Positions 19,238 through 28,278 of a DNA stretch of 64,000 nt are shown piece by piece. Both the position numbers and the translations under genes were made by a program. The notes beneath the pieces are model-generated. The model saw only the letters and a list, made by a program, of their open reading frames with translations, ran no database searches and was not told where the DNA came from. How positions within the stretch are numbered: position 1 is the first letter of the stretch; the number at the start of each line of letters is the position of its first letter. The stretch comes from Candidatus Levyibacteriota bacterium. GTDB lineage: Bacteria > Patescibacteriota > Microgenomatia > Levybacterales > UBA12049. The stretch covers positions 469,171 to 533,170 of the forward strand of contig OY970292.1 of assembly GCA_963716145.1 (NCBI GenBank), given 5' to 3'.

Positions 19238-20484
19238 TTAGAGCGCTTTTTGCAATTGTGAAGCTAGATCTTTCGCTTTGGAGAAGAATGCCTTTTGCAA
19301 TTTTTGCAGCGCTTGTGCCGCCAATTGGCATGACCCTGGTTATCGTCATTCTCTCTCTAGCGGTTCTGCAGCAGCCAGTTGCTCTTGTTATTGAAGGAAA
19401 AGGACCGAATACCGAAAAAATGCAGAAACTGATCGAAGCAGACACAGACGCCTATATCCTGACGACCACTGATCAAAAAACAGCTCAAAAAATGCTTGAT
19501 AGTCTGCAAGTCGCTGCTGTCATCACAATTCCCAAAGACTTTGAAAAAAAAGCAGCAGAAGTCCCTATGGCATTAGCGCATATAAGCTTTGAGGGAAAAG
19601 TAAAAAGTGTCCCGGCAGAAATAGACTATACGCTTTTTAACGCAAACATTGATTTCTCTGACGATGTCAGACGCAGCGTTGACAGATCAGCTGCCAAATT
19701 TGACGCCCCTCATCTTGGTGGCGAAGACGAAGAGGGAGAAATAGAGGCTGAATCTGCTGTATTAGGACAACCGGCAGAAGTTGAAGATAAAGAGGAAATT
19801 GCGGAAGAGTTGCGGGCTATGAAAAGAAAAAATCCCTATAGAATAAATATAGAAAAATACAATCTGCGAGAAACAGATGTTGACTGGTTTAATTACCAAG
19901 TCATTCCTGTCCTCATCCTTCTTATCATCAACGTTTCGCTTATGGGAACCGCGCTCATTTGCGCAACCGACATCGAGCGCAAAACAGCGCGTTTCCTTGT
20001 TCTTTCCCCTCAGAGGTCATGGATTTTGGTCGCTGGCAGACTTCTGTCCGGAACAATCGCCTCAATTATAGTTCTTATACCATCCATTGCTATAGCCGTT
20101 TTGGCTGGCGTTATCAAGCCCCCACCCGGTCACTGGCCAGCGCTCGCTGCTATTTTCCTGGCAACAGCGGTCTGTGCGTCAGGAATTGGCGCTTTTCTGG
20201 GATCTGTTATGAAAGGCTCACGCTCAATTGCCATGAGCGCGTCAACCATAAGTTCCTATATGTTTTTCCTGGGAGGCGGATTTACAACAATTCCTTTCCT
20301 TCCCCACTGGCTTCAGGATATCAGTGCTTTCATTCCCTTCCGTTACGCGATTGATGGGATGCGCGAAGCACTTTTCTACGCAACACTTGATGAAATCCCC
20401 AAAAACCTGACAATTCTTTGCCTAACGGCGATACTTACAGTCCTCCTCGGCTCGTACTCAGTCCGAAAGGCGTGGAGTGATTAG
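19234..20484 (+). CDS. ABC-2 type transporter permease (second subunit)
   Basis: Translationally coupled (4-nt overlap). Same topology as the previous gene, with an acidic insert in the loop. Confidence 0.65.
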   Translation: MIRALFAIVKLDLSLWRRMPFAIFAALVPPIGMTLVIVILSLAVLQQPVALVIEGKGPNTEKMQKLIEADTDAYILTTTDQKTAQKMLDSLQVAAVITIPKDFEKKAAEVPMALAHISFEGKVKSVPAEIDYTLFNANIDFSDDVRRSVDRSAAKFDAPHLGGEDEEGEIEAESAVLGQPAEVEDKEEIAEELRAMKRKNPYRINIEKYNLRETDVDWFNYQVIPVLILLIINVSLMGTALICATDIERKTARFLVLSPQRSWILVAGRLLSGTIASIIVLIPSIAIAVLAGVIKPPPGHWPALAAIFLATAVCASGIGAFLGSVMKGSRSIAMSASTISSYMFFLGGGFTTIPFLPHWLQDISAFIPFRYAIDGMREALFYATLDEIPKNLTILCLTAILTVLLGSYSVRKAWSD

Positions 20485-20534
20485 AGCATAAATAACATTG
20501 ACATTCCAATTAGTAATTGAAATACTGAATTTAC

Positions 20535-21035
20535 ATGAACAAAGAGGAGTCTCCGCCTACGATAAATGAGACTCTTACCCCTTTACCTCAGGAGGCTAAG
20601 CTACAAAATAAATCGAAAAAATTTCCAAACAATCTTATTCTTATAATTATTGCTTTTGCTCTAAGCTACATAACAGTTTACATATTAGGAAGTGTGGCAC
20701 CTACCCAACCTTCTGGAATTGGACTAGGACTTGTTTATATTTTGGGGCCATCTTTATTTGGAATAATATCAATTACACTTTTTTACATAAAATACAGGCA
20801 CAATATGCCAACTGTTACAAATAAAGTAAAATGTCCAATAATTATTGAGGTTATTGGAATGGCAGCTGGGTATATTTTTGCATTTTTTACTCTGCCGGCA
20901 GTGCTTGATATATTGTTTTGGGATATTTTTAAAGAAATCGCTGGCGTCATTTTTGGTGTATTTGTACATTTCGTACTCTTAACTTATATTGGGTTTCTGC
21001 TAGCACGTCAAGTATATAAGTACATAAATTATTAG
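20535..21035 (+). CDS. hypothetical polytopic membrane protein (166 aa)
   Basis: Four predicted hydrophobic helices. No family recognised. Confidence 0.45.
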   Translation: MNKEESPPTINETLTPLPQEAKLQNKSKKFPNNLILIIIAFALSYITVYILGSVAPTQPSGIGLGLVYILGPSLFGIISITLFYIKYRHNMPTVTNKVKCPIIIEVIGMAAGYIFAFFTLPAVLDILFWDIFKEIAGVIFGVFVHFVLLTYIGFLLARQVYKYINY

Positions 21036-21050
21036 AATAATTCAGAGGCA

Positions 21051-21659
21051 CTAAACCTGCTTCTCTTTCTTCGTGGTAGTAACTCTTCCCCCTTGCCATT
21101 GGCCGCGGTACATATTACCTCCGCCTGAGACTTCTGAGAACTGTATGTGAACAATCCGCGCGCCGAGTTCGATAGTAACTGGAACCGGTCCTTCGTTTTT
21201 GAGACCAAAGTTCAATCCCCCACTATAGCCCGGCGGGACATTGCCTGTGCGGATGAATAAACCACTTCGATAAGTGGTAGAGCGAGGTGTAATACTTGCA
21301 GTTAGATTGTCGGGCATGTTAACTGATTCTATCGTCTTTATCAAAAAAAACTCTCCCGGCTTAATTACAATTTTTTGTTCTTTGTTCTTAGTTCTTGGAA
21401 AACCGTTCTCCGAAGAACTAAGATCTAAGACCTTTGAACCATTCTTAGCTCTTTGCTCTTTGTATTTCGCGATTAGCGAAACTTCGGCCGTGTGCCTTTC
21501 TGTGACTCCCAAGAAAGCTTTTCCTGAAATCTTGTAGACTTCCCCAAGCCGCAAGTCAAACCCCGCGCCTTCCGGATTGGTCAGTTCCCGCTCTGACAAA
21601 TTCTCAACAAGCTTTTTTGTTTTAACTAGCTTTAATAATTGCTTAGGTCCTAAAACCAT
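21051..21659 (-). CDS. dUTPase/dCTP deaminase superfamily protein (divergent Dcd-like, putative dUTP diphosphatase)
   Basis: PEGAGFDLRLGEVYKI and IKPGEFFLIKTIESVNMPDNLTASITPRSTTYRSGLFI match the Dcd/Dut trimeric beta-fold motifs. Much more divergent than the canonical dcd at 23749. Confidence 0.6.
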   Translation of the reverse strand: MVLGPKQLLKLVKTKKLVENLSERELTNPEGAGFDLRLGEVYKISGKAFLGVTERHTAEVSLIAKYKEQRAKNGSKVLDLSSSENGFPRTKNKEQKIVIKPGEFFLIKTIESVNMPDNLTASITPRSTTYRSGLFIRTGNVPPGYSGGLNFGLKNEGPVPVTIELGARIVHIQFSEVSGGGNMYRGQWQGGRVTTTKKEKQV

Positions 21660-21760
21660 AAATTAATAATCCAATACTACCAATAACCCACTAAGCAAAT
21701 CAATAGTGAATTTAAGACTTAATTAAAGACTTAATTTCAAATGTAAATAATCAGAAATGT

Positions 21761-21790
21761 TGACAATGGTTATTTGCTGTGATGTAATAT
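21761..21790 (+). promoter_or_regulatory. putative sigma70 promoter of the pilin gene (TTGACA -35, 18-nt spacer, TAATAT -10)
   Basis: TTGACA at 21761-21766; TAATAT at 21785-21790. Immediately followed by the (TA)n tract. Confidence 0.4.
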
Positions 21791-21808
21791 ATATATATAT
21801 ATATATAT
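21786..21808. repeat. (TA)11 dinucleotide simple-sequence repeat in the pilin promoter/5' UTR
   Basis: taatatatatatatatatatatatt, read directly from the sequence. Confidence 0.9.
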
Positions 21809-21841
21809 TTGGAATTTATGGAGAAATTTTTAAGGAGAAAA

Positions 21842-22264
21842 ATGCAGCATTTTACCCAAAAAGGCTTCACTCTTGTTGAGCTTCTGATTGTTATAGCAGT
21901 TCTTGGAGTACTTGCAGTTGGCCTAATCTTGGCAATTAATCCAGGAGATAAAATAAAAGCTGCAAATGATTCAAATGTATTAACCGATATTAGCACACTT
22001 GCAAAAGCATCTAGCTCATATGCAATATCCCATAACGGAAACTACCCTACAACGCTTGCGGCACTAACAACTTCTGGCGAACTAAAAGCTTTACCCACTG
22101 CTCCTTCGGGTTATACAGCCTACGCTTTGACAGTCAGTGGTGCCAATATCTACCTAACCGGTGAACTTAAATCCAAAAAATATTCTGCGGCTCCAAGAGC
22201 ACTATATAATACATCAAACGGGAAACTATGCCAGACAACAGCAACGACAACTGTCTGTCCATAG
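21842..22264 (+). CDS. type IV pilin / prepilin-type N-terminal cleavage-methylation domain protein (start at MQHFTQKGF)
   Basis: Class III signal peptide: QKGFTLVELLIVIAVLGVLAVGLILAI (G|FTLVELL cleavage motif). GGAG RBS 8 nt upstream of the ATG at 21842. Confidence 0.8.
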   Translation: MQHFTQKGFTLVELLIVIAVLGVLAVGLILAINPGDKIKAANDSNVLTDISTLAKASSSYAISHNGNYPTTLAALTTSGELKALPTAPSGYTAYALTVSGANIYLTGELKSKKYSAAPRALYNTSNGKLCQTTATTTVCP

Positions 22265-22310
22265 ATTTATCTATCATCTTGACGGCTTTGATTTTTAATG
22301 GAATAATAAA

Positions 22311-22973
22311 ATGGTGAAAGTAAAAAAACAAACAACCTACAATTCTTTAATAATTTTAATAATTTTTTTGCTTATTGTTGTAGCAATATTAAGTTTTACC
22401 ATAGTCAATATCTCAAGGCAGATTGATGTACCCGATAGCAAAACAGATACTCAATCTTTTACCAAAACTCCGCCAGCCAGTAGCTTATCCACTAAGGCAA
22501 GCAATTTAGTCGAGTTTACTCATCCTATTGTTAAATATAGCCTAGATTTCCCTTCTGTCTGGAAGCCATTAATTTACAAGTCTATCGCCGGACAAGCAGT
22601 TGTTCCTTATGATGATCTTGTTATCTTCAGCCCTGATTACCAGCAGGAAACAATCCCGGATACGACAACACAGATCCATACTGGCGCCTCAATCCTCGTT
22701 CGCGTCACAGAAACCCATTATGATAATATTGAGAAAAAGTTTGCTGAAAACGCAATAGCCCAAAAAATTGCCAGAAACGTAACTAAAATAAATATTAATG
22801 GAACAACTGCAATCCAATACGATTACTCTACAAATGGCGAAAATGCAACCAACGTTACTTTTACCAAAAATGGATTATGGTATCTGGTAAAATTCCAATA
22901 CAAAGATGAAGAAACAAAAAGACAATATTTAAGTGTGTTTCAAGATTTACTAAACTCTCTCAAGCTTAAATAA
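22311..22973 (+). CDS. hypothetical membrane-anchored extracytoplasmic protein
   Basis: N-terminal TM (LIILIIFLLIVVAILSF). Extracellular domain with SLDFPSVW and a C-terminal WYLVKFQY motif. Paralogous architecture to 13589 and 42652. Confidence 0.5.
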   Translation: MVKVKKQTTYNSLIILIIFLLIVVAILSFTIVNISRQIDVPDSKTDTQSFTKTPPASSLSTKASNLVEFTHPIVKYSLDFPSVWKPLIYKSIAGQAVVPYDDLVIFSPDYQQETIPDTTTQIHTGASILVRVTETHYDNIEKKFAENAIAQKIARNVTKININGTTAIQYDYSTNGENATNVTFTKNGLWYLVKFQYKDEETKRQYLSVFQDLLNSLKLK

Positions 22974-23654
22974 TTAGACACCGGATAGTTTTGAAATTAT
23001 ATCTCCGGTTACTTCTTCAACAGGACGTGCTCCGTTTATTATTTTAAACTCCTCAGGAAATTCTTTGAGAAGCCAATCATATCCCTCTTTTGCTTTCAGG
23101 ATTTTTTGCTTCTCTTCATAAATCTCCTTCTCGTGCGGTTTTTTAGACAGTCTGTCCATGGCCCTCAAGACAGGAATATCAAGGTAAATTGTGATATCAG
23201 GCGCAATAAATTGGTGATACATAGATAGTATGCTTTGTGAGACCAGAATATATTTAGCAGTATTGTCGTCAAAATCCTGCTCCAGATCCAAAACTCCATA
23301 AGGAACGGCCGACCAGAAGCAACGGTCTGAAATCACAATCTTTCCGGCTTTAAGCGATGGTTCAATCAATTCCGCGTGATGCATTCCGCGGTCTGCTGAA
23401 AATAAATATTGTATCGCGACAGAGGGCACTTTCGTCTTGCCGTTGAGAATTTTTTGAATCAGCTCTCCGATCAAACCTTCATCTTTTCGGGGTTCACGCG
23501 TGCGGACAACTTCCTTCCCCTGCTTTTTGAAATACTCATAAAGCTTTTCAATCTGCGTGGTCTTACCTGATCCGTCAATTCCCTCAAGTACAATATACTG
23601 TCCCGGGTAGGGATTGCGTCTGAAATCAATGTCTAGCTCTAGGTGATACTTCAT
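22974..23654 (-). CDS. tmk: thymidylate kinase
   Basis: P-loop YIVLEGIDGSGKTTQIEKL, DRCFWSAVPYG (DRY-like), LID region. Confidence 0.85.
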   Translation of the reverse strand: MKYHLELDIDFRRNPYPGQYIVLEGIDGSGKTTQIEKLYEYFKKQGKEVVRTREPRKDEGLIGELIQKILNGKTKVPSVAIQYLFSADRGMHHAELIEPSLKAGKIVISDRCFWSAVPYGVLDLEQDFDDNTAKYILVSQSILSMYHQFIAPDITIYLDIPVLRAMDRLSKKPHEKEIYEEKQKILKAKEGYDWLLKEFPEEFKIINGARPVEEVTGDIISKLSGV

Positions 23655-23748
23655 GTTTTAAATTTCAAATAACTACCAATTTCAAATATCCAATTTCCAA
23701 TAATTTACATTTAGCATTTGAAATTTGACATTGGAAATTTGAAATTCA

Positions 23749-24318
23749 TTATTTCTCCTCATGTATCCTGCTCTCTTCCGGTCCTTTTTGAAATTTATAT
23801 TTTGCATCTTTTTTGCTGGTGTATGGAGTTATTGAGGGACTTGAGAGTTCTTCAAATGTCATCGCGCAGATTCTCATCCCAACAGTTAACTTTATTGCCA
23901 TCCGCCCGAGATTGCCAAGTTCAAGAACAGGATTTCCATCCCAACCTGGATCAAAAATAGATGCTGTTGAGTGCACAACTAAACCCAGGCGGCCAAGTGA
24001 AGAACGTCCTTCAAGACGCCCCATCAAATCCGCCGGAATCTTAACCGACTCCAAAGTAACCGCCAAAACAAATTCCCCTGGTTGCATAACAAAACTACCG
24101 TCTTTTCCAGCCTTTATGACTTTGGTAATTTCATTGCTGTAATCTTTTTTGGAAGGATCGATATACGCGTGCTGGCTATGATCAAATACCCGGAAATTAT
24201 TTCCAAGTCTCAAATCAATTGAACAGGATCCGAGTTGAGTGGATAAATCCGGAGTTGGCTTAATAACAATACGCTTGCTCTGTAGAGCTTTTTTAATATC
24301 CTGATCCGATAAAACCAT
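23749..24318 (-). CDS. dcd: dCTP deaminase
   Basis: LSDQDIKKAL...IKPTPDLSTQLGSCSIDLRLG ... GEFVLAVTLESVKIPADLMGRLEGRSSLGRLGLVVHSTA is collinear with canonical Dcd. Confidence 0.85.
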   Translation of the reverse strand: MVLSDQDIKKALQSKRIVIKPTPDLSTQLGSCSIDLRLGNNFRVFDHSQHAYIDPSKKDYSNEITKVIKAGKDGSFVMQPGEFVLAVTLESVKIPADLMGRLEGRSSLGRLGLVVHSTASIFDPGWDGNPVLELGNLGRMAIKLTVGMRICAMTFEELSSPSITPYTSKKDAKYKFQKGPEESRIHEEK

Positions 24319-24381
24319 AACGAAAGTTTAGCATGTCGGATCCCTTGACACAACTAGGTTTCTTATCTACGATTAATGTAA

Positions 24382-25607
24382 ATGAAAAATGGTAAGAAAC
24401 ATCTTTTTCTGGGATTTTTTTTGGCACTTCTTTTAGTTAGTGCCCTGGCCATTGCAAATATTAAACAGCCCCAGGAGACCCGCACGCACGCAGCCGCCGG
24501 AACAACTACCTTAAAGCTCACTCCGGCATCAGCATCCAAACAAGTCGGTGACACAATTTCACTCGATATTATGGTTGACCCCGGTGAGAATCTCGTATCG
24601 TTTGTAAAATTCCAAGTTACATTTGATCCAACCAAATTAGCACTGGTAACAGCAGATCCTTTTACTTTAAATACCACAGATTTCCCTGTAAAAGTTGAGG
24701 GTCCGGTAACGAATGCCGAAAGCATTGGTGAATCCGTTTCCATAGGCGCTGACCCTACAAAAGTGATTCAGCAAGTTACCAAAGTAGGAACTCTCCATTT
24801 CAAAGCAGTTGGCGGGACAAATAACACCCCCACGATGATTGCATTTAGCAATATTAGCCAAGCGCTTTCCGCGGGAACCAATGATGCGGCAAGAATTAAT
24901 GTACTCTCCGGCACAACGCCAGCGGCTATTACAATTGGAGGAACTTCCAATCTTTCCCCGACCGTAGTTGTTGATCCCTGCCCTGCTTTTTGCCCTTCCA
25001 TAACCCCGGGCCAACAGGTACAGGGTCGACAGCCACTTTTACAATTTTACTGCATGGGGTAGGTGCTGCGGGAGATAACCCAAATCCAAGCGGCAACAGT
25101 CTGAGTAATAAAGCGCCCCTGCATCCGCAAAGAAATCTTACTGTTTGGTTTTTCAATACACGCAATCAACTTGTTGCAAGCATCTCAGGAGCTATAAATT
25201 TTGACGCGTCCAGCGGCGCATTTAAGGGCAGTATTGATTTGGGACCCGATTTAAGAGATGGGAACTATAGTGTAAAGGTAAAAACAGATCGGTATCTGCG
25301 AAAGTTAGTTCCGGGCGCTCAAAAAATAGCATTGCTTAAAGACAATTCTATTACCCAAGTAGCGCTTGTTGCCGGAGACACCAATGGTGATAATTTGGTT
25401 AACATACTTGACTACAATGCATTTATCGACTGCGGCTATGGCGCTTTAAATCCGCTACCGCTTGATGATGCAAATTCTATTTTTAATAAGCGAGTCTGCC
25501 AAGTTCATACCCCTGCTATAAATATTGATGTTAATGACAATGGGATTATTGACAGCACCGACTATAATCTTTTTCTCCGTGAACTCTCGGTCCAAAGCGG
25601 GGATTAA
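24382..25607 (+). pseudogene. cohesin-like / dockerin surface protein paralog 1, split by a 1-nt frameshift near 25010
   Basis: ORF 24382-25062 holds the signal peptide plus cohesin-like domain (GDTISLDIMVDPGENLVSFVKFQVTFDPTKLALV). ORF 24990-25607 holds the conserved C-terminal module with dockerin (GDTNGDNLVNILDYN...DVNDNGIIDSTDYNLFLRE). Adding one C in ccgggcc(c)aacagg restores ...ITPGPTGTGSTATFTILLHGVG.., as in paralog 3. Confidence 0.6.
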
Positions 25608-25616
25608 ACTTAACCC

Positions 25617-28217
25617 TTGACAGGGCTCTCCTTTATTCACTATGCTAAATATGGATTTATGTCTTTTTTCAAAAAGAATCCTCTTCTTAAGTTGGGGCTT
25701 TTAGCCCTTGTTTTGGTTGGTTTGCCTGCCGCAGTGTTCTTGTCCCAAAAACAAGCCGAGAACAGATCCCGTGCCAGCGCATCAACCACGCTCTACTTTA
25801 CCCCCAGCACAACTACTTCAAGTCCTTTGCAGAAAAATGTCGGCGAGACTGTTGCTTTTGATGTAATGATAAACCCTGGAAACAATCTTGCCGCCTTGGT
25901 AAAGCTTGAAATTGATTGGGACGGCGCAAAGCTTCAACCAGTAGGAAACGCTTTTGTTCAAAACGTTACTAGCATGCCCATAATCGTAGAGGGACCGATA
26001 CTGACCAACGGAAAACTTCTTATTACACTATCAAATGGTTCAGATCCGACCAAGGCACTGGGCCAAATTTCCAGAATCGGAACAATTACCTTTACCGCCG
26101 CCGCCCCAACAGGTTCAACGCCAACAGTTCTATCTTTTGGCTCAAGAGCGCAGGTATTATCAGTATCCTCAACTAACACGTATAACGAAAATGTTTTATC
26201 AACTACAACACCTGCAAGCATTATTATTCCAGGAAGTAACGTCACGCCAACAATCTCTCCTACCCCGCCTACTTCATGCGCCAGTAGCCCGAGTGAAACC
26301 ATGCTCATTATTGATAAGTCCGGAAGCATGAGTGTTGCGGCAGATGTTAATAAAATTACTCAAGCAAAAGCGGCTGCAAAAAGTTTTGTAGATATAATTG
26401 CCCGGGATACTCAAAACACCATTGGTTTGGTTTCGTATGAGAATACAGCAACAGTTAATAGTCCTTTAACCACTGACTATTCGTCTGTTAAAAGTCAAAT
26501 TGATACATTAACCGCAATCGGAAGCACATGTACGGAATGCGGGATAATCAAGGCAAATCAGGAAATCGCGAGAAGCACTTCTTCAAAGAAAAAAGTGGTT
26601 GTTCTTTTGACGGATGGCATAGCCAATTTCGTTGAAGGAAACACCAACCAGGTTGCTCCATCTATTGCAGAGCAAAGAGCGATTGCGGCTGCTGTAGCAG
26701 GACATAATGCCGACGGAACTGTATTTTACACCATTGGCCTTGGAAGTCAGATAAACGCGGCCTTCCTTCAGCAGATTGCCGAATCAACAGGGGGGAAATA
26801 TTACGCAAGTCCGACCGGTGATCAACTAAATACAATCTATAATCAGATTTCAGAAATCTCGGGCAAAGGCTCAGTCAGTGGATCTGTTTTTAATGATGCT
26901 AATAATAACGCAGCTTTTGATTCAAACGAAGCAAAGCTCTCAGGTTGGACTTTACAGCTCCTGGCAGCAGGATCTACAACTCCTCAAACATTCACAAGCG
27001 ATGCAAATGGATTTAACATCACAGGACTTTGTAATGGCACCTATACCTTAAAAGAAATTGTTCAGAACGGCTGGAGACAGACCTTACCGGCTGATCCAAA
27101 TGGATACCAAATTATAATTAACAATGGCGGCGCTATAACAAATAAGAATTTTGGCAATAAGCAGGGAAACACCTGTGCTGATGGAATAGACAACAACGGC
27201 AATAACTTTATAGATATAGCAGATCCTATTTGCCACACTGATGGAAATAAAAATAATCCCGACTCTTATGATCCGAATCTGCCTGAGCGTAACGGTAACA
27301 CCTGCGCCGATGGGATAGACAACAACGGCAATAACCTAATTGATGGCCTGGATCCAATCTGTCACACAGATGGTAACCCTAACAATCCCAATTCATATGA
27401 CCCCAACCGGCCTGAGACAGGAAACACCTGTGCTGATGGAATTGATAATAATGGGAACAACTTCATAGACATTGCAGACCCCATATGTCATACCGATGGT
27501 AACCGCAATAACCCTAACTCCTATGATCCAAATCTTCCAGAGCGCAATGGGAATACATGCTCAGACGGAATAGATAACAATAATAATAATCTAATAGATG
27601 GCTTGGATCCTATCTGTCACACAGGCGGGATTATCACCAATCCATATAATCCTGATCTTCCGGAAAATGGCGGAACCGGAACAAATTTGAATTTGACAGT
27701 ACTTCTTCACGGCATAGGCTCAGCCGGTGACAACGCTACAACTCTCAACAGCGAGAGCAACAAAAACCCACTTCATGCAACAAGAAGTGCACAAGTATCG
27801 ATCTACAATACCGCAAATCAATTGATATCAAGCGCGTCAGGGGTAATAAGATATGCAAGCGCGTCAGGAGACTTCAGGGGAACAGTTGTGACGAGAACTC
27901 CCTTAGCTGCCGGTAATTACAATATCCGCGTGCGGAGCAGTCAGCATCTTACACGTCTCATACCGGGAATACAAACGATTGTGAGTGCGGGAACCAACCA
28001 ACTTCCGCCTGCTAGCCTTGTGGCTGGGGATGTGAACGATGACAACAAGTTAAATATTCTTGATTACAATCTTCTAATTGGCTGCAACAGTATTGAGCCT
28101 GATCCATTATGCACAGGCATTCTCCGAATCCAGACCGACCTTGATGATAACGGGATAATTGATATTGAAGATTACAACTTATTCCTCAGAGAGCTTTCCA
28201 GTCAGCCGGGAGAGTAA
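25617..28217 (+). CDS. large surface adhesin-like protein: signal peptide, cohesin-like domain, vWA domain, SdrD-B/prealbumin-like domain, 4x Cys-bracketed Asp/Asn-rich repeats, C-terminal dockerin
   Basis: Cohesin-like NVGETVAFDVMINPGNNLAALVKLEIDWDGAKLQPV. vWA MIDAS LIIDKSGSMS..LLTDGIANF..TIGLG. Four near-identical 43-aa repeats GNTCADGIDNNGNNFIDIADPICHTDGNKNNPDSYDPNLPERN. Dockerin GDVNDDNKLNILDYNLLIG...DLDDNGIIDIEDYNLFLRE. Confidence 0.7.
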   Translation: MTGLSFIHYAKYGFMSFFKKNPLLKLGLLALVLVGLPAAVFLSQKQAENRSRASASTTLYFTPSTTTSSPLQKNVGETVAFDVMINPGNNLAALVKLEIDWDGAKLQPVGNAFVQNVTSMPIIVEGPILTNGKLLITLSNGSDPTKALGQISRIGTITFTAAAPTGSTPTVLSFGSRAQVLSVSSTNTYNENVLSTTTPASIIIPGSNVTPTISPTPPTSCASSPSETMLIIDKSGSMSVAADVNKITQAKAAAKSFVDIIARDTQNTIGLVSYENTATVNSPLTTDYSSVKSQIDTLTAIGSTCTECGIIKANQEIARSTSSKKKVVVLLTDGIANFVEGNTNQVAPSIAEQRAIAAAVAGHNADGTVFYTIGLGSQINAAFLQQIAESTGGKYYASPTGDQLNTIYNQISEISGKGSVSGSVFNDANNNAAFDSNEAKLSGWTLQLLAAGSTTPQTFTSDANGFNITGLCNGTYTLKEIVQNGWRQTLPADPNGYQIIINNGGAITNKNFGNKQGNTCADGIDNNGNNFIDIADPICHTDGNKNNPDSYDPNLPERNGNTCADGIDNNGNNLIDGLDPICHTDGNPNNPNSYDPNRPETGNTCADGIDNNGNNFIDIADPICHTDGNRNNPNSYDPNLPERNGNTCSDGIDNNNNNLIDGLDPICHTGGIITNPYNPDLPENGGTGTNLNLTVLLHGIGSAGDNATTLNSESNKNPLHATRSAQVSIYNTANQLISSASGVIRYASASGDFRGTVVTRTPLAAGNYNIRVRSSQHLTRLIPGIQTIVSAGTNQLPPASLVAGDVNDDNKLNILDYNLLIGCNSIEPDPLCTGILRIQTDLDDNGIIDIEDYNLFLRELSSQPGE

Positions 28218-28278
28218 TTTTGTAAAATTCCAACTTGACAAAAGATTGCATTTCCATAGATACTTATAAAGTATAACG

